Under the pieces are notes generated by a model. It ran no database searches. It was not told the DNA's origin and was given only the letters and a program-made list of their open reading frames with translations. The position numbers and the translations under genes were made by a program. Of a stretch of DNA of 64,000 bases, positions 1 through 9,578 are shown piece after piece. Origin of the DNA: Chloroflexota bacterium (lineage in GTDB: Bacteria; Chloroflexota; Dehalococcoidia; SM23-28-2; RBG-16-64-32). Within the stretch, counting starts at the first letter, position 1; the number at the start of each line of letters is the position of its first letter. Where the stretch lies: assembly GCA_029262695.1 (NCBI GenBank), contig JAJCYV010000027.1, positions 811 through 64,810 on the forward strand. The letters run 5' to 3'.

Positions 1-93
1 GTGAGCGACACGTTCAACGCCGTGGCCTACTTCGATGGCGAGAAGCAGCCGGTGTCGACGGAAGTGCACGCCTCCTGCGAGGTGCCCCGGTGA
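1..93 (+). CDS. 3' end of a hypothetical protein truncated by the window edge (...VSDTFNAVAYFDGEKQPVSTEVHASCEVPR*)
   Basis: Frame 1 is open to TGA at 91-93, which overlaps the GTG start of the next gene (GTGA coupling). Confidence 0.7.
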   Translation: MSDTFNAVAYFDGEKQPVSTEVHASCEVPR

Positions 94-1013
94 CGCTGGC
101 GGCGCGATTAGACGGCTGGTGGCGGACGCCGGCTCCCGCGAAGCGCCTGGCCGTGCTGCGTCTGCTCGTTGGCGGCTTCGGCGTGGGCTATGTGGCGCTC
201 CGCGCGCCCAACTTCGTGAGCTACGCGAGCTTCGACGACTCGCAGTTCGCGCCTGTGGGCCTCGCCACGCTGCTCGATGGGCCGTTGCCGGGCGTCGTCC
301 TGCGTCTCCTGGTGGCGGCGACGCTTGTCGCCGGCGTGGCGTTCCTGGCCGGTTGGCGGTTTCGCGTCAGCGGGCCTGCCTTCGCGGTCCTGCTACTGGC
401 GCTGATGACGTACCGGAACGCCTGGGGCCAGGTGTTCCACACGGAGAACATTCTCGTGCTGCATGTCCTCGTGCTGGGGTTCTCGCCGGCGGCCGATTCG
501 CTCTCGCTGGACAGCCGCGGGCGTGAAGATCCGGGCGACGAGGCGCGTTACGGCTGGCCGGTCCGCTTGATGTGCATCATCACGGTGCTCACCTACTTCA
601 TCGCCGGCGAGACGAAGCTGCGGGTCGCGGGCCTCGACTGGATCACATCGGACTCGCTGCGGAACTTCGTCGCTTACGATAACCTGCGCAAGGTCGAACT
701 CGGCGACACGCACTCGGCGCTGGGTGGGTTGCTTGTCGGCCACCCGTGGCTATTCCCGCCGCTTGCTGTCCTCACGCTGGCTGTGGAGTTGGGAGCGCCC
801 CTGGCCCTGCTGGGCGGGCGGATCGCGCGGGTCTGGGCACTCCTTGCCTGGGGCTTCCACGTCGGCGTCCTGGCCGTGATGGCGATCATCTTCCCCTATC
901 CGCTGTTGGGCATCGCTTTCGCGCCGTTCTTCGCCGTCGAACGGTTGCCGCTCCGGCTGCCAGCGCGGCTGGCACGGCGGCTCGCACCGGGTTGGGCCGC
1001 ACGGCTGAGGTGA
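90..1013 (+). CDS. HTTM-domain (vitamin K-dependent gamma-carboxylase-like) membrane protein
   Basis: Multiple TM helices; motifs SLSLD, YGWPVRL, YFIAGETKL, VELGAP and FHVG typical of HTTM proteins. Confidence 0.75.
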   Translation: MTLAARLDGWWRTPAPAKRLAVLRLLVGGFGVGYVALRAPNFVSYASFDDSQFAPVGLATLLDGPLPGVVLRLLVAATLVAGVAFLAGWRFRVSGPAFAVLLLALMTYRNAWGQVFHTENILVLHVLVLGFSPAADSLSLDSRGREDPGDEARYGWPVRLMCIITVLTYFIAGETKLRVAGLDWITSDSLRNFVAYDNLRKVELGDTHSALGGLLVGHPWLFPPLAVLTLAVELGAPLALLGGRIARVWALLAWGFHVGVLAVMAIIFPYPLLGIAFAPFFAVERLPLRLPARLARRLAPGWAARLR

Positions 1014-1161
1014 CGCAACGTGTGGCGGCGGATGTGCGTCAACCTATTCGGAAACCGCCCCTATGCCCCTATTTCGTTCGTTGACCTGCCGCCGGAGACT
1101 CGGTTACACTCGCCGAGCCAATACTGGCGCACCCCGGACACGCCGTCCGAGATACGAGACC

Positions 1162-2784
1162 GTGCGAAGCGAATCTCGGCCACCCCTTATCCTGATAGCC
1201 CTCGCAGCGCTCGTCGCGGCCGTCGCCTTCCAGGCGAGCGGTCCATCGGCGGCTGAGGCGATCGACGTCGATCCGGTCATCTGGCAGCTCTCAAACGATT
1301 ACCCTGAGACGTTGCCCGGTGACATCACGTTGCCGATAAGCACGATCTACATCAAGACACACGACGCCGCCGACTGGATGTCGACGTACGACGACCACCC
1401 GGCCGCCGTCTCCGGCCCGGAGGCGATCCAGGACTTGATCGACATCTACGGCGCGCAGGGGATCGCGGTCGCCGCGTGGTTCGTGCCGAAGGGGACGGAC
1501 TACGACGCCCAGTTGCAACTGGCGATCCAAGTAATCGACTCCGGCGTCGTGGCGCTCTATGCGGACCTTGAGCCGTTCCCCGGGTTCTGCTTCCTGGAGT
1601 GCAAGGAGCTGGCCGAAAACTTCTGGAAGCCGCTCAGAGAGCAGCGGCCGGACGCGCACCTCGGCGTGATCTACGATCCGCGGCCCTGGTGGTGGGAGCA
1701 GTCCGCAACGGCGGAGTGGTTCTCGGTAGCGGACTCGGCGCTGCCGATGTGCTACTGGGAGAGCTACACGGGCCAGACGCCGTGGGGCGACCCTGCAGGT
1801 TGCGTAGTGCAGGCCTACGCTGACCTCTCGGTGCTCGCGCCCGACCGCGATCTAGCCTATCTGCCGATGCTCCAGGGGAACGCGACTGCGTCGCGCTTCG
1901 AGGAGGCCCTCGACGCCGCGGCAGGCGTCGGGTCGGACCGTGTGAGCGTCTGGCGACGCGGCGTCGTCGATACTGAGGTCTGGGAGCTGATCGATGACTA
2001 CTCGGAGCCGTCGTACACGAACTGCCGGCCGACGCTGGCGGACGGTTGCCTGTTCGAAGAGATGGCGACGGGATCGGCCTGGCTGATGCAGGCCGGCGGC
2101 CGCTTCTACGTAGGGGACTTCGGGTTGCTCCCGGCGCTCGGACTCACGCAGGATGACGTACAGCTCGTTGACGACGCTTTCCTTGCGGCGGTCCCGATCG
2201 GCCCGCCGGACGGCACGCTCGTCACGGACGAGGCCGGCCTCGACGTCTACGTGGTCTACGACGGAACTCGCTTCCGCATGAGCGAGGGTGATTACGCCGC
2301 GCTCGGACTCGATCCGGAGACGGTGGCAACGATTCCGCTTGGCCTGCTCGATCAAGTGCCGCTGACGCCGCCGGACTTCGCGCTGCTGAGCGAGGTCTCG
2401 TCCGCGGAGGAGTACCTGGTGCTGAGCGGCACGCTGATCCCGCTGGACGACGGTGTGTTTGCGGCGCTCGAAGCGCTTGGCCTCACCAGTGGTGTGCTGA
2501 ACGCTGTGCCGGACGGTGCGCTGGGGGACATCCCGGTGGCAGAGATTAGCCGCGGCGACGCCGACTGCAGCGGCGCCGTAGAGACGCTCGACGTGCTGCA
2601 GGTGCTCCAGCTCAGCTCCGGCCTGCCAAGTGGCGCGATCTGTCACCAGTCGGCGGACGTGAACTGTGACGGATTGCCGGCGAGCCTCGACGCGCTGCTG
2701 ATCCTCGTCTTCATTGCGGCCGGGGAATCGCCAGTGCTGCCCGGTGGCTGCGAGCCGATCGGCTCGCTCAGCCTGCTCGAGTAG
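1162..2784 (+). CDS. Secreted protein: glycoside-hydrolase-like barrel, three ~55-aa repeats and a C-terminal dockerin-like module
   Basis: GTG at 1162 gives a signal peptide (MRSESRPPLILIALAALVAAVAFQ...AEA); C-terminal duplicated GDADC/ADVNC motifs. The ORF-track start at 1063 is probably too far upstream; the GH assignment is tentative. Confidence 0.65.
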   Translation: MRSESRPPLILIALAALVAAVAFQASGPSAAEAIDVDPVIWQLSNDYPETLPGDITLPISTIYIKTHDAADWMSTYDDHPAAVSGPEAIQDLIDIYGAQGIAVAAWFVPKGTDYDAQLQLAIQVIDSGVVALYADLEPFPGFCFLECKELAENFWKPLREQRPDAHLGVIYDPRPWWWEQSATAEWFSVADSALPMCYWESYTGQTPWGDPAGCVVQAYADLSVLAPDRDLAYLPMLQGNATASRFEEALDAAAGVGSDRVSVWRRGVVDTEVWELIDDYSEPSYTNCRPTLADGCLFEEMATGSAWLMQAGGRFYVGDFGLLPALGLTQDDVQLVDDAFLAAVPIGPPDGTLVTDEAGLDVYVVYDGTRFRMSEGDYAALGLDPETVATIPLGLLDQVPLTPPDFALLSEVSSAEEYLVLSGTLIPLDDGVFAALEALGLTSGVLNAVPDGALGDIPVAEISRGDADCSGAVETLDVLQVLQLSSGLPSGAICHQSADVNCDGLPASLDALLILVFIAAGESPVLPGGCEPIGSLSLLE

Positions 2785-2911
2785 CCGCGACGCCGCATCC
2801 CTTCCCCTGACTGCGACCCTCGTCGCAGGCGTTGCGGAAGCTTACCGTTTACGTTAGCGTCTACACCTACGGCGCTGACGGACCGAGAGGCGCCAACAGA
2901 GGGAGAGTGAG

Positions 2912-4159
2912 ATGGGACCAGAGCGCGTGGATTTCGGTATCTTCATGGCGCCCTTCCACCGAGAAGGGGAAAACCCAACGCTGGGGCTTCAGCGCAACCT
3001 GGAGCTAATCGAGGCGCTCGACCACCTTGGCTACGACGAGGCCTGGATCGGCGAGCACCACTCGGCGGGCTGGGAGACGATCGCCAGCCCCGAGATCTTC
3101 ATCGCCGCGGCCGCCGAACGGACGAAGCACATCCGCCTGGGGACCGGCGTTGTGAGTGTGCCCTACCACCACCCGTTCCACATCGCCGATCGCATGGTCC
3201 TGCTCGACCACCTGACGCGGGGCCGCGTGATGCTGGGCGTTGGCCCGGGTGCGCTGCCCGGAGACGCCTACATGCTCGGTATTCCGCCGACGACCCAGAG
3301 GCCGCGGATGGAAGAAGGGTTGGGCGTGATCATCCAGCTGATGACCTCGGACGAGCCCGTCAACTACAAGAGCGAATGGTTCGAACTGAACGACGCGAGG
3401 CTGCAGCTAAAGCCGTATCAGCGGCCGACGATGCCGATGGCCGTTGCGTCCACGTTGAGCCCGTCAGGGATGACGGCGGCCGGTAAGCACGGCGTCGGGG
3501 TGCTTTCCGTGGCGTCGTACTCGGAGCAGGGGCTGCAGGCGCTGACGACGCAGTGGGGCTTCTGCGAGGAGGCGGCCGCGAAGGCCGGCAAGCCCGCGCC
3601 CGACCGCAAGAACTGGCGCATCGTGATGCCGTTCCACCTCGCCGAGTCCAAGGAAGAGGCGATCGCCGACGTCGAAGCCGGCCTGATGAGCTGGAACAAC
3701 GACTACTTCGTGAACACGCTCGGCGCGCCGAACCAGTCGCCGGTCAGCTCCGGACGCGAGGCGATAGAGCGGTTGACCGGATTCGGCGGCGTCGTAGGCA
3801 CGCCGGACGAGGCGGTTGCCACGATCAAGAAGCTTCAGGAGGTCTCCGGCGGGTTCGGCTGCATCCTCGGGCTGGCGCACGAATGGGCGAACCGCGAGAA
3901 GACGCTCAAGAGCTACGAGCTAATGGCGCGCTACGTGATGCCGCAGGTGCAGGACACGGTCACCTGGATCGAGCGCTCGGCGCAGTGGGCGCGCGACAAC
4001 CAGGGCAGGCTGATGGGCGGCGCCACGCAGGCCGTCCTGCAGGCGATCGCCGACCACAACTCGGCGAAGGAGCAGGCTGACGAAGGCACGGGGTTCGCGC
4101 TTCCGGGCTCGGCGTCCAGCGCCGTGCCGGCAAAGGACGAAGAGAAGGCGTCGGGCTAA
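2912..4159 (+). CDS. Luciferase-like (LLM class) flavin-dependent monooxygenase, limonene monooxygenase-like
   Basis: FGIFMAPFH, GYDEAWIGEHHSAGWE and LDHLTRGRVMLGVGPG motifs; RBS GAGGGAG. Confidence 0.9.
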   Translation: MGPERVDFGIFMAPFHREGENPTLGLQRNLELIEALDHLGYDEAWIGEHHSAGWETIASPEIFIAAAAERTKHIRLGTGVVSVPYHHPFHIADRMVLLDHLTRGRVMLGVGPGALPGDAYMLGIPPTTQRPRMEEGLGVIIQLMTSDEPVNYKSEWFELNDARLQLKPYQRPTMPMAVASTLSPSGMTAAGKHGVGVLSVASYSEQGLQALTTQWGFCEEAAAKAGKPAPDRKNWRIVMPFHLAESKEEAIADVEAGLMSWNNDYFVNTLGAPNQSPVSSGREAIERLTGFGGVVGTPDEAVATIKKLQEVSGGFGCILGLAHEWANREKTLKSYELMARYVMPQVQDTVTWIERSAQWARDNQGRLMGGATQAVLQAIADHNSAKEQADEGTGFALPGSASSAVPAKDEEKASG

Positions 4160-4225
4160 CGTCCGGGGCCGCCGACACCTCTGTCGGACTCCCACGCACC
4201 CACGCGAAGGCCCTTCGAGGGCCCG

Positions 4226-5104
4226 CTATTCGAGGCGGCCTTCGACGTCGCGGAGGAAGCTCTCCAGCTCCGGTGACAGCTTCGAGTCTTCGACCGGGCC
4301 GTCTGCGGGGCGCTCGGCGTCGTAGGCCTCCTCCATCTCGGTGAGCCAGGTCTTGAGGCGCGCGTCGTCCGCCACGCTCTCGTTGATCGCCGTCGTCTGG
4401 CGCTCGCTCTGGCCGTGTAGCTGGTCGAGCTTGAGGCCGAGGCCGTACAGCTTGTCGAGGTAGCCCAGGAGCGCGTAGAGGCCGGTGTAGTCGCGCTCCA
4501 GCTGCGCGTAGGCCGGTAGCTGCAGGATCACGCCCGCCGAGATCATGCCCAGCTTCTCCGCCTCCGTCGTGATGCCCGCCAGGATCGTCGTCGGGCCCTC
4601 GTAGTTGCTCTCGCGGACGCCGGCTTCGCGCAGGCGCGCGAGCGTCGCCCCGTCGCTGGCGCCGCCGCTGGCGAGGGGCGGCCGCGTGTGCGGCACCGGT
4701 GCGTACATCGAGCCGATCAGCGTGTACTCGCGAACGTTCAGGTGGCGGCAGAGGTCGAGGATCCCCTGCGTGTACTCGTCGCCGTTGGCGTGCGGTTCGA
4801 GCGCGTGCAGGAGGAGCCAGTCGCGCTCGTCCTTGTCGCGGGCGTGGTGGAGGCGCGTGTTGGGGACGGAGACTTCGCGTTTGCCCTCGCGGCGGAAGAG
4901 GGTCGGGCGGTAGCGGGTGAAGTCGTAGAAGTAGCCGGGGCGCGTCAGTTCGCCGATGGGCTGGCCGCCGAACGTCTCCTCGAGGAACGTGAGCGCCATC
5001 GTGCCGACGGAGCCGACGTCCACCCAGGGTTGGAGCGCGACGAGCATGCGAGGCTCGCTCAGCGGCGGCACGTCGATAAGCTCGAAGGGCCCGACCTTTG
5101 TCAC
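4226..5104 (-). CDS. PAC2 family (proteasome assembly chaperone-like) protein
   Basis: PWVDVGSVG, FYDFTRYRP, LEPH, PVPHTRP and YEGPT motifs; likely leaderless GTG at 5104, 6 nt after TGcGACAAT. Confidence 0.8.
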   Translation of the reverse strand: MTKVGPFELIDVPPLSEPRMLVALQPWVDVGSVGTMALTFLEETFGGQPIGELTRPGYFYDFTRYRPTLFRREGKREVSVPNTRLHHARDKDERDWLLLHALEPHANGDEYTQGILDLCRHLNVREYTLIGSMYAPVPHTRPPLASGGASDGATLARLREAGVRESNYEGPTTILAGITTEAEKLGMISAGVILQLPAYAQLERDYTGLYALLGYLDKLYGLGLKLDQLHGQSERQTTAINESVADDARLKTWLTEMEEAYDAERPADGPVEDSKLSPELESFLRDVEGRLE

Positions 5105-5142
5105 GCGGACATTGTCGCACAGGCGAGGATCGTTCGTGGTAG

Positions 5143-5223
5143 CCCGCTCATGGTGAGGCTCTCGAACCATGACCGTGACCTTCGGTGCTCCGCTCGCCCT
5201 TCGAGAGCCTCAGGACGAGCGGG
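5143..5223. repeat. REP/REPIN-like palindromic element
   Basis: TGAGGCTCTCGAA pairs with TTCGAGAGCCTCA (13 bp perfect) and CCCGCTC with GAGCGGG; intergenic. Confidence 0.7.
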
Positions 5224-5247
5224 GCGGTGCGTCCGGCTGGCTGGAGG

Positions 5248-6486
5248 CTACTTCAGCCCCACGCGCAGGTTCTCCAGGCCGCGGAGGGTGATCTGCGCGC
5301 GGTATTGCGGGCGCTCGTCGAGGAGGCGGGCGTTGGGGAAGCGCTGAACGAAGCTGCGCAAGGCGATCGCGCCCTCGATGCGGGCGAGCGGCTGGCCGAG
5401 GCAGTAGTGGATGCCGAAGCCGAATGCCAGGTGCCGGTCCGCGGCGGAGTCGCGCTCGCCGCGGGTGATGTCGAACGTGTTGGGGGCCTCGAAGTGCTCC
5501 GGGTCGCGGTTGGCCGCGCCGAGGAGCAACATGACGAACTCGCCTGGGTTGATCGTCACGCCGCCGACCTCGGCCTCCTTGACGCACACGCGTCCGTCGA
5601 ACTGAACGGGTGGGTCGAAGCGGAGGACCTCCTCGACGGCGTGCGGCGCAAGCTCTTCGGGCCGCTCCTGGAACTTCGCGAGCTGGTCCGGGTGGCGCAG
5701 CAGCTGGAGGATGCCGTTGCCGATGAGGTTCACGGTCGTTTCGTGGCCGGCGATCAGGATCATCGTGCAGGTGGAGAGCAGCTCGCGCTCCGATAGCTTG
5801 TCGCCCTCCTCCTCGGCGGTCAGCAGCGCCGAGAGGATGTCCGGCGGCCGTTCGTCGCCGCGTTTGGCGATCAGCTTGCGGAAGTACTCGCGCGAGTCGA
5901 AGACGGCCTGCTCGCGTTGTTTCTGCACCTCGATCGGCACGGTGGGGTCGGGGTCGAGGGAGCCGGCGAGGATGCGCGACCAGACGCGGAACTGCGGCTC
6001 GTCCTCACGCGGGACGCCGAGCATTTCGCAGATGACGCTGACGGGCAGCGGGTAGGCGAGATCGGCGATCGCGTCCATCTCTTCTTTGCCCTCGATGGCG
6101 TCGAGCAGTTCGTCGACGAGCTGCTGGATGCGCGGGCGCATCGATTCGAGGGCGCGCGGCGTGAACGCCAGGTTGACGAGGCGGCGCAGGCGCGTGTGGT
6201 CGGGCGGGTCCATGAACAGGAACGGGCGGTCTTCCTCGCTGACGATCGAGTCGGTGCCCGAGTTCCGCTCCGGCGCGACGCCGCCAGCGTTGCGGTCATC
6301 GCTGCTGAAGCGCTTGTGGTCGCGGAGGATCGCGGTGCAATCGGTGAGGCGGGAGAAGGCCTTCACGCCGAAAGGTGTGATGTGCACAGGGTCTTCGCGC
6401 ACGAGACGGCTGTAGAGCGGGTACGGGTCCTGGCGGAAGGCAGGATCGAGTGGGTTGAAGACGATCGGTTGCTGTTCAGTGGTCAT
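5248..6486 (-). CDS. Cytochrome P450
   Basis: DPPDHTRLR, I-helix AGHETT, ExxR (EEVLR) and heme motif FGFGIHYCLG; ATG at 6486 with RBS GGAGGG. Confidence 0.95.
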   Translation of the reverse strand: MTTEQQPIVFNPLDPAFRQDPYPLYSRLVREDPVHITPFGVKAFSRLTDCTAILRDHKRFSSDDRNAGGVAPERNSGTDSIVSEEDRPFLFMDPPDHTRLRRLVNLAFTPRALESMRPRIQQLVDELLDAIEGKEEMDAIADLAYPLPVSVICEMLGVPREDEPQFRVWSRILAGSLDPDPTVPIEVQKQREQAVFDSREYFRKLIAKRGDERPPDILSALLTAEEEGDKLSERELLSTCTMILIAGHETTVNLIGNGILQLLRHPDQLAKFQERPEELAPHAVEEVLRFDPPVQFDGRVCVKEAEVGGVTINPGEFVMLLLGAANRDPEHFEAPNTFDITRGERDSAADRHLAFGFGIHYCLGQPLARIEGAIALRSFVQRFPNARLLDERPQYRAQITLRGLENLRVGLK

Positions 6487-6548
6487 GCGAGTCCCTCCGG
6501 CGTTCATTCGGCCATTTCAGGGATTATCGCACAGGCGCAGGCCGTTGC

Positions 6549-6564
6549 TGTGATGGGAGTCACA
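6549..6564. promoter_or_regulatory. CRP/FNR-family box upstream of the P450
   Basis: Perfect TGTGA-N6-TCACA, centred about 41 nt upstream of the start site implied by the minus-strand TGcGATAAT -10 box (6523-6531). Confidence 0.65.
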
Positions 6565-6598
6565 TGCTGAGGCTGGAGGCGCGGCGGGGTGTGAGCGC

Positions 6599-8134
6599 CT
6601 AGATGCCGTTGGCGATCTTGGGGTCGAGGCCGGGGAAGGAAGCGAGGCACTCGCGGCGCTCTTTCTTGCGCTGCTGCACGCGTCTCTCGTACTCTTCCGT
6701 GCGGCCGAGGCGCTCGAAGGCGAGTCTGGGGTGGGCCATCTCATCGTCGAGGCCGGGCAGGCTCTTCGGGACCTCGTAGCCGAAGTCCGGGTCCTGCTCC
6801 CACTCGGCGCCGCCCTCGGCGATCGCCGTCAGGCAGATACTGGAGTCGGCGACCTTGATCTTCTTCGACTCGTCGCCCTCGTGCTCGATCACCCAGCCGG
6901 TGTTCATCAGGTAGCAGGCGATCGGGTGCGACTGGAGCAGTTCGTGGAAGCGGTTGCCCTGCTTCTCGTGCGACATCGGGAAGAACGGGTTCGTGCCGGG
7001 GATACGCAGGGCCTTGCCGGCCTCCTTCTTGCCGCCGGCGCTCGTCCCGGTCGTCTCGCCGAGCATGAAGTAGGCGGCGGCCTGCTCCTGCGAGAGCCTG
7101 GCCAGTGCGGGCACGATTCCCTGGTCGCGGTTCAGGATCACGATCGAGGACACGGGCGGGATGTTGCGGGCGTCCTCGAAGCGTCCCAGCGCCTTCAGGG
7201 GGAAGACGGCGCGGCCGTTCTGTGTGTAGGACTCGTTGAAGAAATCTGGGTTGCCGTCGTCGTCGATGTAAACGTTCTCGAGGTACGAGATGGCGCTCGT
7301 GACGGCGGCGTGGATCTCTGGCTCGTGCTCTGGTGAGAGGGCGAAGGTCTTGGCGAAGCAGCCGTTCTCTGAGCCGTGGATGACGCCGCCGGGCATGAGA
7401 GCGATGAAGTCGTCCTGGACGGGCTTCGATTTGCCCTGCCGGCGGAACGTCGACGTGGTCTTGCCGGTGCCGGAGAGGCCGATGATGGCGATCGTCTTGG
7501 GGCCGTCGGCCGTCTGTACGACTTTGCAGCCGGCGTGCATCGCCAGGCCGCCCTTGTCGTAGACGATTTTGTTCCACATCCTCAGACCGCCCTTCTTCGA
7601 TTCGCCGAAGTAGTCGGAGTTGAGGACGCGGGTGACGCCGTTGTCCAGGTCGACGGCGATGCAGCGGTCGTCGGGGTATCCCTCCGCGACGAGGTTCGGA
7701 GTGTCGATGACGGTGACTTCCGGCTCGCCGCTCTTGCGCTGGAAGTAGAGGAACTTCTGCATGCCGGCGACGTTGGCGTTGCGGCGTTCGATGATCAGCC
7801 GGGCGGCGGTCTGGACCTCCGGCGAGTTGGAGATGTTGCCGTCGATGACGATCATCTCCTGGCCGCGAATGTATTCGTTCTGCAGGTCCGCGACTCGCTG
7901 GTACTCTGCGCGCGACATGGTCTGCACGCCGCGGAAGTCCTCGGGGTTATCGGTGACGATGTAAGTGGAGCCGGCGGAGCGGGCGACGACGCGCGTAGAC
8001 ACGTCGAGGTTTCCGAGCACAGTGTGATGCGCGGTGTCCATCTCAGCGGTGAGTTTGCGGAGATCCTTGTGCGAGGGGTTGTCGAGGATCGCCGCAGCTT
8101 CGATAGCGTATGTCGATTGCTTGATTGAAACCAT
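6599..8134 (-). CDS. pckA: Phosphoenolpyruvate carboxykinase (ATP)
   Basis: YFGESKKG, MHAGCK, P-loop GLSGTGKTT, QDD, ENGCFAK and NGRA motifs. Confidence 0.9.
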   Translation of the reverse strand: MVSIKQSTYAIEAAAILDNPSHKDLRKLTAEMDTAHHTVLGNLDVSTRVVARSAGSTYIVTDNPEDFRGVQTMSRAEYQRVADLQNEYIRGQEMIVIDGNISNSPEVQTAARLIIERRNANVAGMQKFLYFQRKSGEPEVTVIDTPNLVAEGYPDDRCIAVDLDNGVTRVLNSDYFGESKKGGLRMWNKIVYDKGGLAMHAGCKVVQTADGPKTIAIIGLSGTGKTTSTFRRQGKSKPVQDDFIALMPGGVIHGSENGCFAKTFALSPEHEPEIHAAVTSAISYLENVYIDDDGNPDFFNESYTQNGRAVFPLKALGRFEDARNIPPVSSIVILNRDQGIVPALARLSQEQAAAYFMLGETTGTSAGGKKEAGKALRIPGTNPFFPMSHEKQGNRFHELLQSHPIACYLMNTGWVIEHEGDESKKIKVADSSICLTAIAEGGAEWEQDPDFGYEVPKSLPGLDDEMAHPRLAFERLGRTEEYERRVQQRKKERRECLASFPGLDPKIANGI

Positions 8135-8306
8135 CTATCGTTCCTGTGCCCTTATGGTAACGAGGTTAATACCTCGTGTGCCTGGTGACAACAGCCATCG
8201 GGGCTTATTTCCATGCCAATCGCCAAATTGCGGTCCTAAATGAGAGACGCGCTGGCTGGTTTAGCCGTTGCCTGCCTGATTCGCCGAGTTTCGGCCGTCG
8301 CCTCGT

Positions 8307-9578
8307 TCAGGACAGCTCCTTTAGACGGGCTTCAGCGTCGCGGATGGCGGCTTTGAAGGCGCCCCGCGCCATCAGCGAGCGTTCTTCGGCGGCGCGCGCT
8401 GTGAACAGGTCTCGCCAGAGCTCCCACGCCTCTTTGTTGCCGGGCTCGCCCTTGCGCACGAAGTCGACGAGGTGGCAGGCGATCTGCAGGTCGCCGTCAT
8501 CGCGTGCCTTGCGCGCCCGGTCGAGGATTGGCGCTGCGCCCGTCGCGCCGATGAGGACGGCGGCGACGTCGTGGCTGTGGGCCGGGAGCATGTCGGCGGC
8601 GTCGCCGTTCCACCAGCCGCCGTATAGGCGGTGGACGTTGCGCGCGATGAACTCGGGGTGGTCGTAGATCGGCTGTAGCCAGGGCTTGTCCGTTGACGGC
8701 CAGTCCATGTCGCGGATGATGTCTTCCAGCCACTTTCCGTCGTTCATGCCGGCGACGACCTGGTCGTGGACCGAGCGCAACAGATGCGCTGTCGAAAGGA
8801 GCGCTTCTTCGATCGTTCCCTCGTCGGAGATTGCGGGGCCGTGGCCTGGCAGGAGGTGCAGCGGCTTCCTGGCGGCCATCTTCTCAAGCGCATCGGCCCA
8901 GTCCCTGGCGTAGCGCTGGACCTTGTACGGGTTGCCGGCGTTGGGCGAGCACCAGACGAAGGTGTCGCCCGTGCAGAGGACGCGGTTGTCCGGGCACCAG
9001 ACCCAGGTCTCGTCGTCTGTTTCGCCGCGGGCGTGGTGCAGTTCGAACGTCATGCCGCCAACGCGCGTCTCCATGCCCTGGTCGTAGGTGACGTCGGGGT
9101 AGGTGAGCGCGGCGTTCGTGAACGGCTTCGCGTCTGGCGGCAGGTTGAACTGGATCGTGTTGATGTGGTCGTTGTGTGCGGCCGTCAGCCGGTAACGGTC
9201 GAAGCGCGGCGCGATGTCGCGGTGGCCGACGATGCGAGGCCGTCGGTCGCCGCGCTCGGCCGCCTCGGCGATGATCGCATCGGCGCCCGTGACGTGGTCG
9301 ACGTGGCCGTGCGTGTAGACGACGGCCTCCACCGGCGCTTTCGAGTAGTTGTCGCGGAGATCTTGCAGCACGCGCCCGGTGAACCGCTCCTGAGACGTGT
9401 CGACGAGCACCACGCCATCGTCTCCGGTAAACGCCGTGACGTTGGCGAACGACGAGAGGAACACTGCCCCCTCGGCGACTTGCTTCGAAGGTCCGAGGTA
9501 GAAAAACGCGGCCTGCTCTGCTGGCAGGTCGCGGGCGGACGCGAGGTCGATCGGCTGGTTCTGGGACTTCTGTGTCAT
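8307..9578 (-). CDS. Alkyl sulfatase-like metallo-beta-lactamase-fold hydrolase
   Basis: THGHVDH, GETDD, PNAGNP and PGHG motifs plus a C-terminal dimerisation region (YGGWWNGD). Confidence 0.85.
   Translation of the reverse strand: MTQKSQNQPIDLASARDLPAEQAAFFYLGPSKQVAEGAVFLSSFANVTAFTGDDGVVLVDTSQERFTGRVLQDLRDNYSKAPVEAVVYTHGHVDHVTGADAIIAEAAERGDRRPRIVGHRDIAPRFDRYRLTAAHNDHINTIQFNLPPDAKPFTNAALTYPDVTYDQGMETRVGGMTFELHHARGETDDETWVWCPDNRVLCTGDTFVWCSPNAGNPYKVQRYARDWADALEKMAARKPLHLLPGHGPAISDEGTIEEALLSTAHLLRSVHDQVVAGMNDGKWLEDIIRDMDWPSTDKPWLQPIYDHPEFIARNVHRLYGGWWNGDAADMLPAHSHDVAAVLIGATGAAPILDRARKARDDGDLQIACHLVDFVRKGEPGNKEAWELWRDLFTARAAEERSLMARGAFKAAIRDAEARLKELS

Noticed and set aside
8174-8191. CRP-like site upstream of pckA (TGTCA-N6-ACACG), and TGTGA-N6-TCTGA upstream of prfA
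   Set aside because: Two or more mismatches and no convincing promoter geometry
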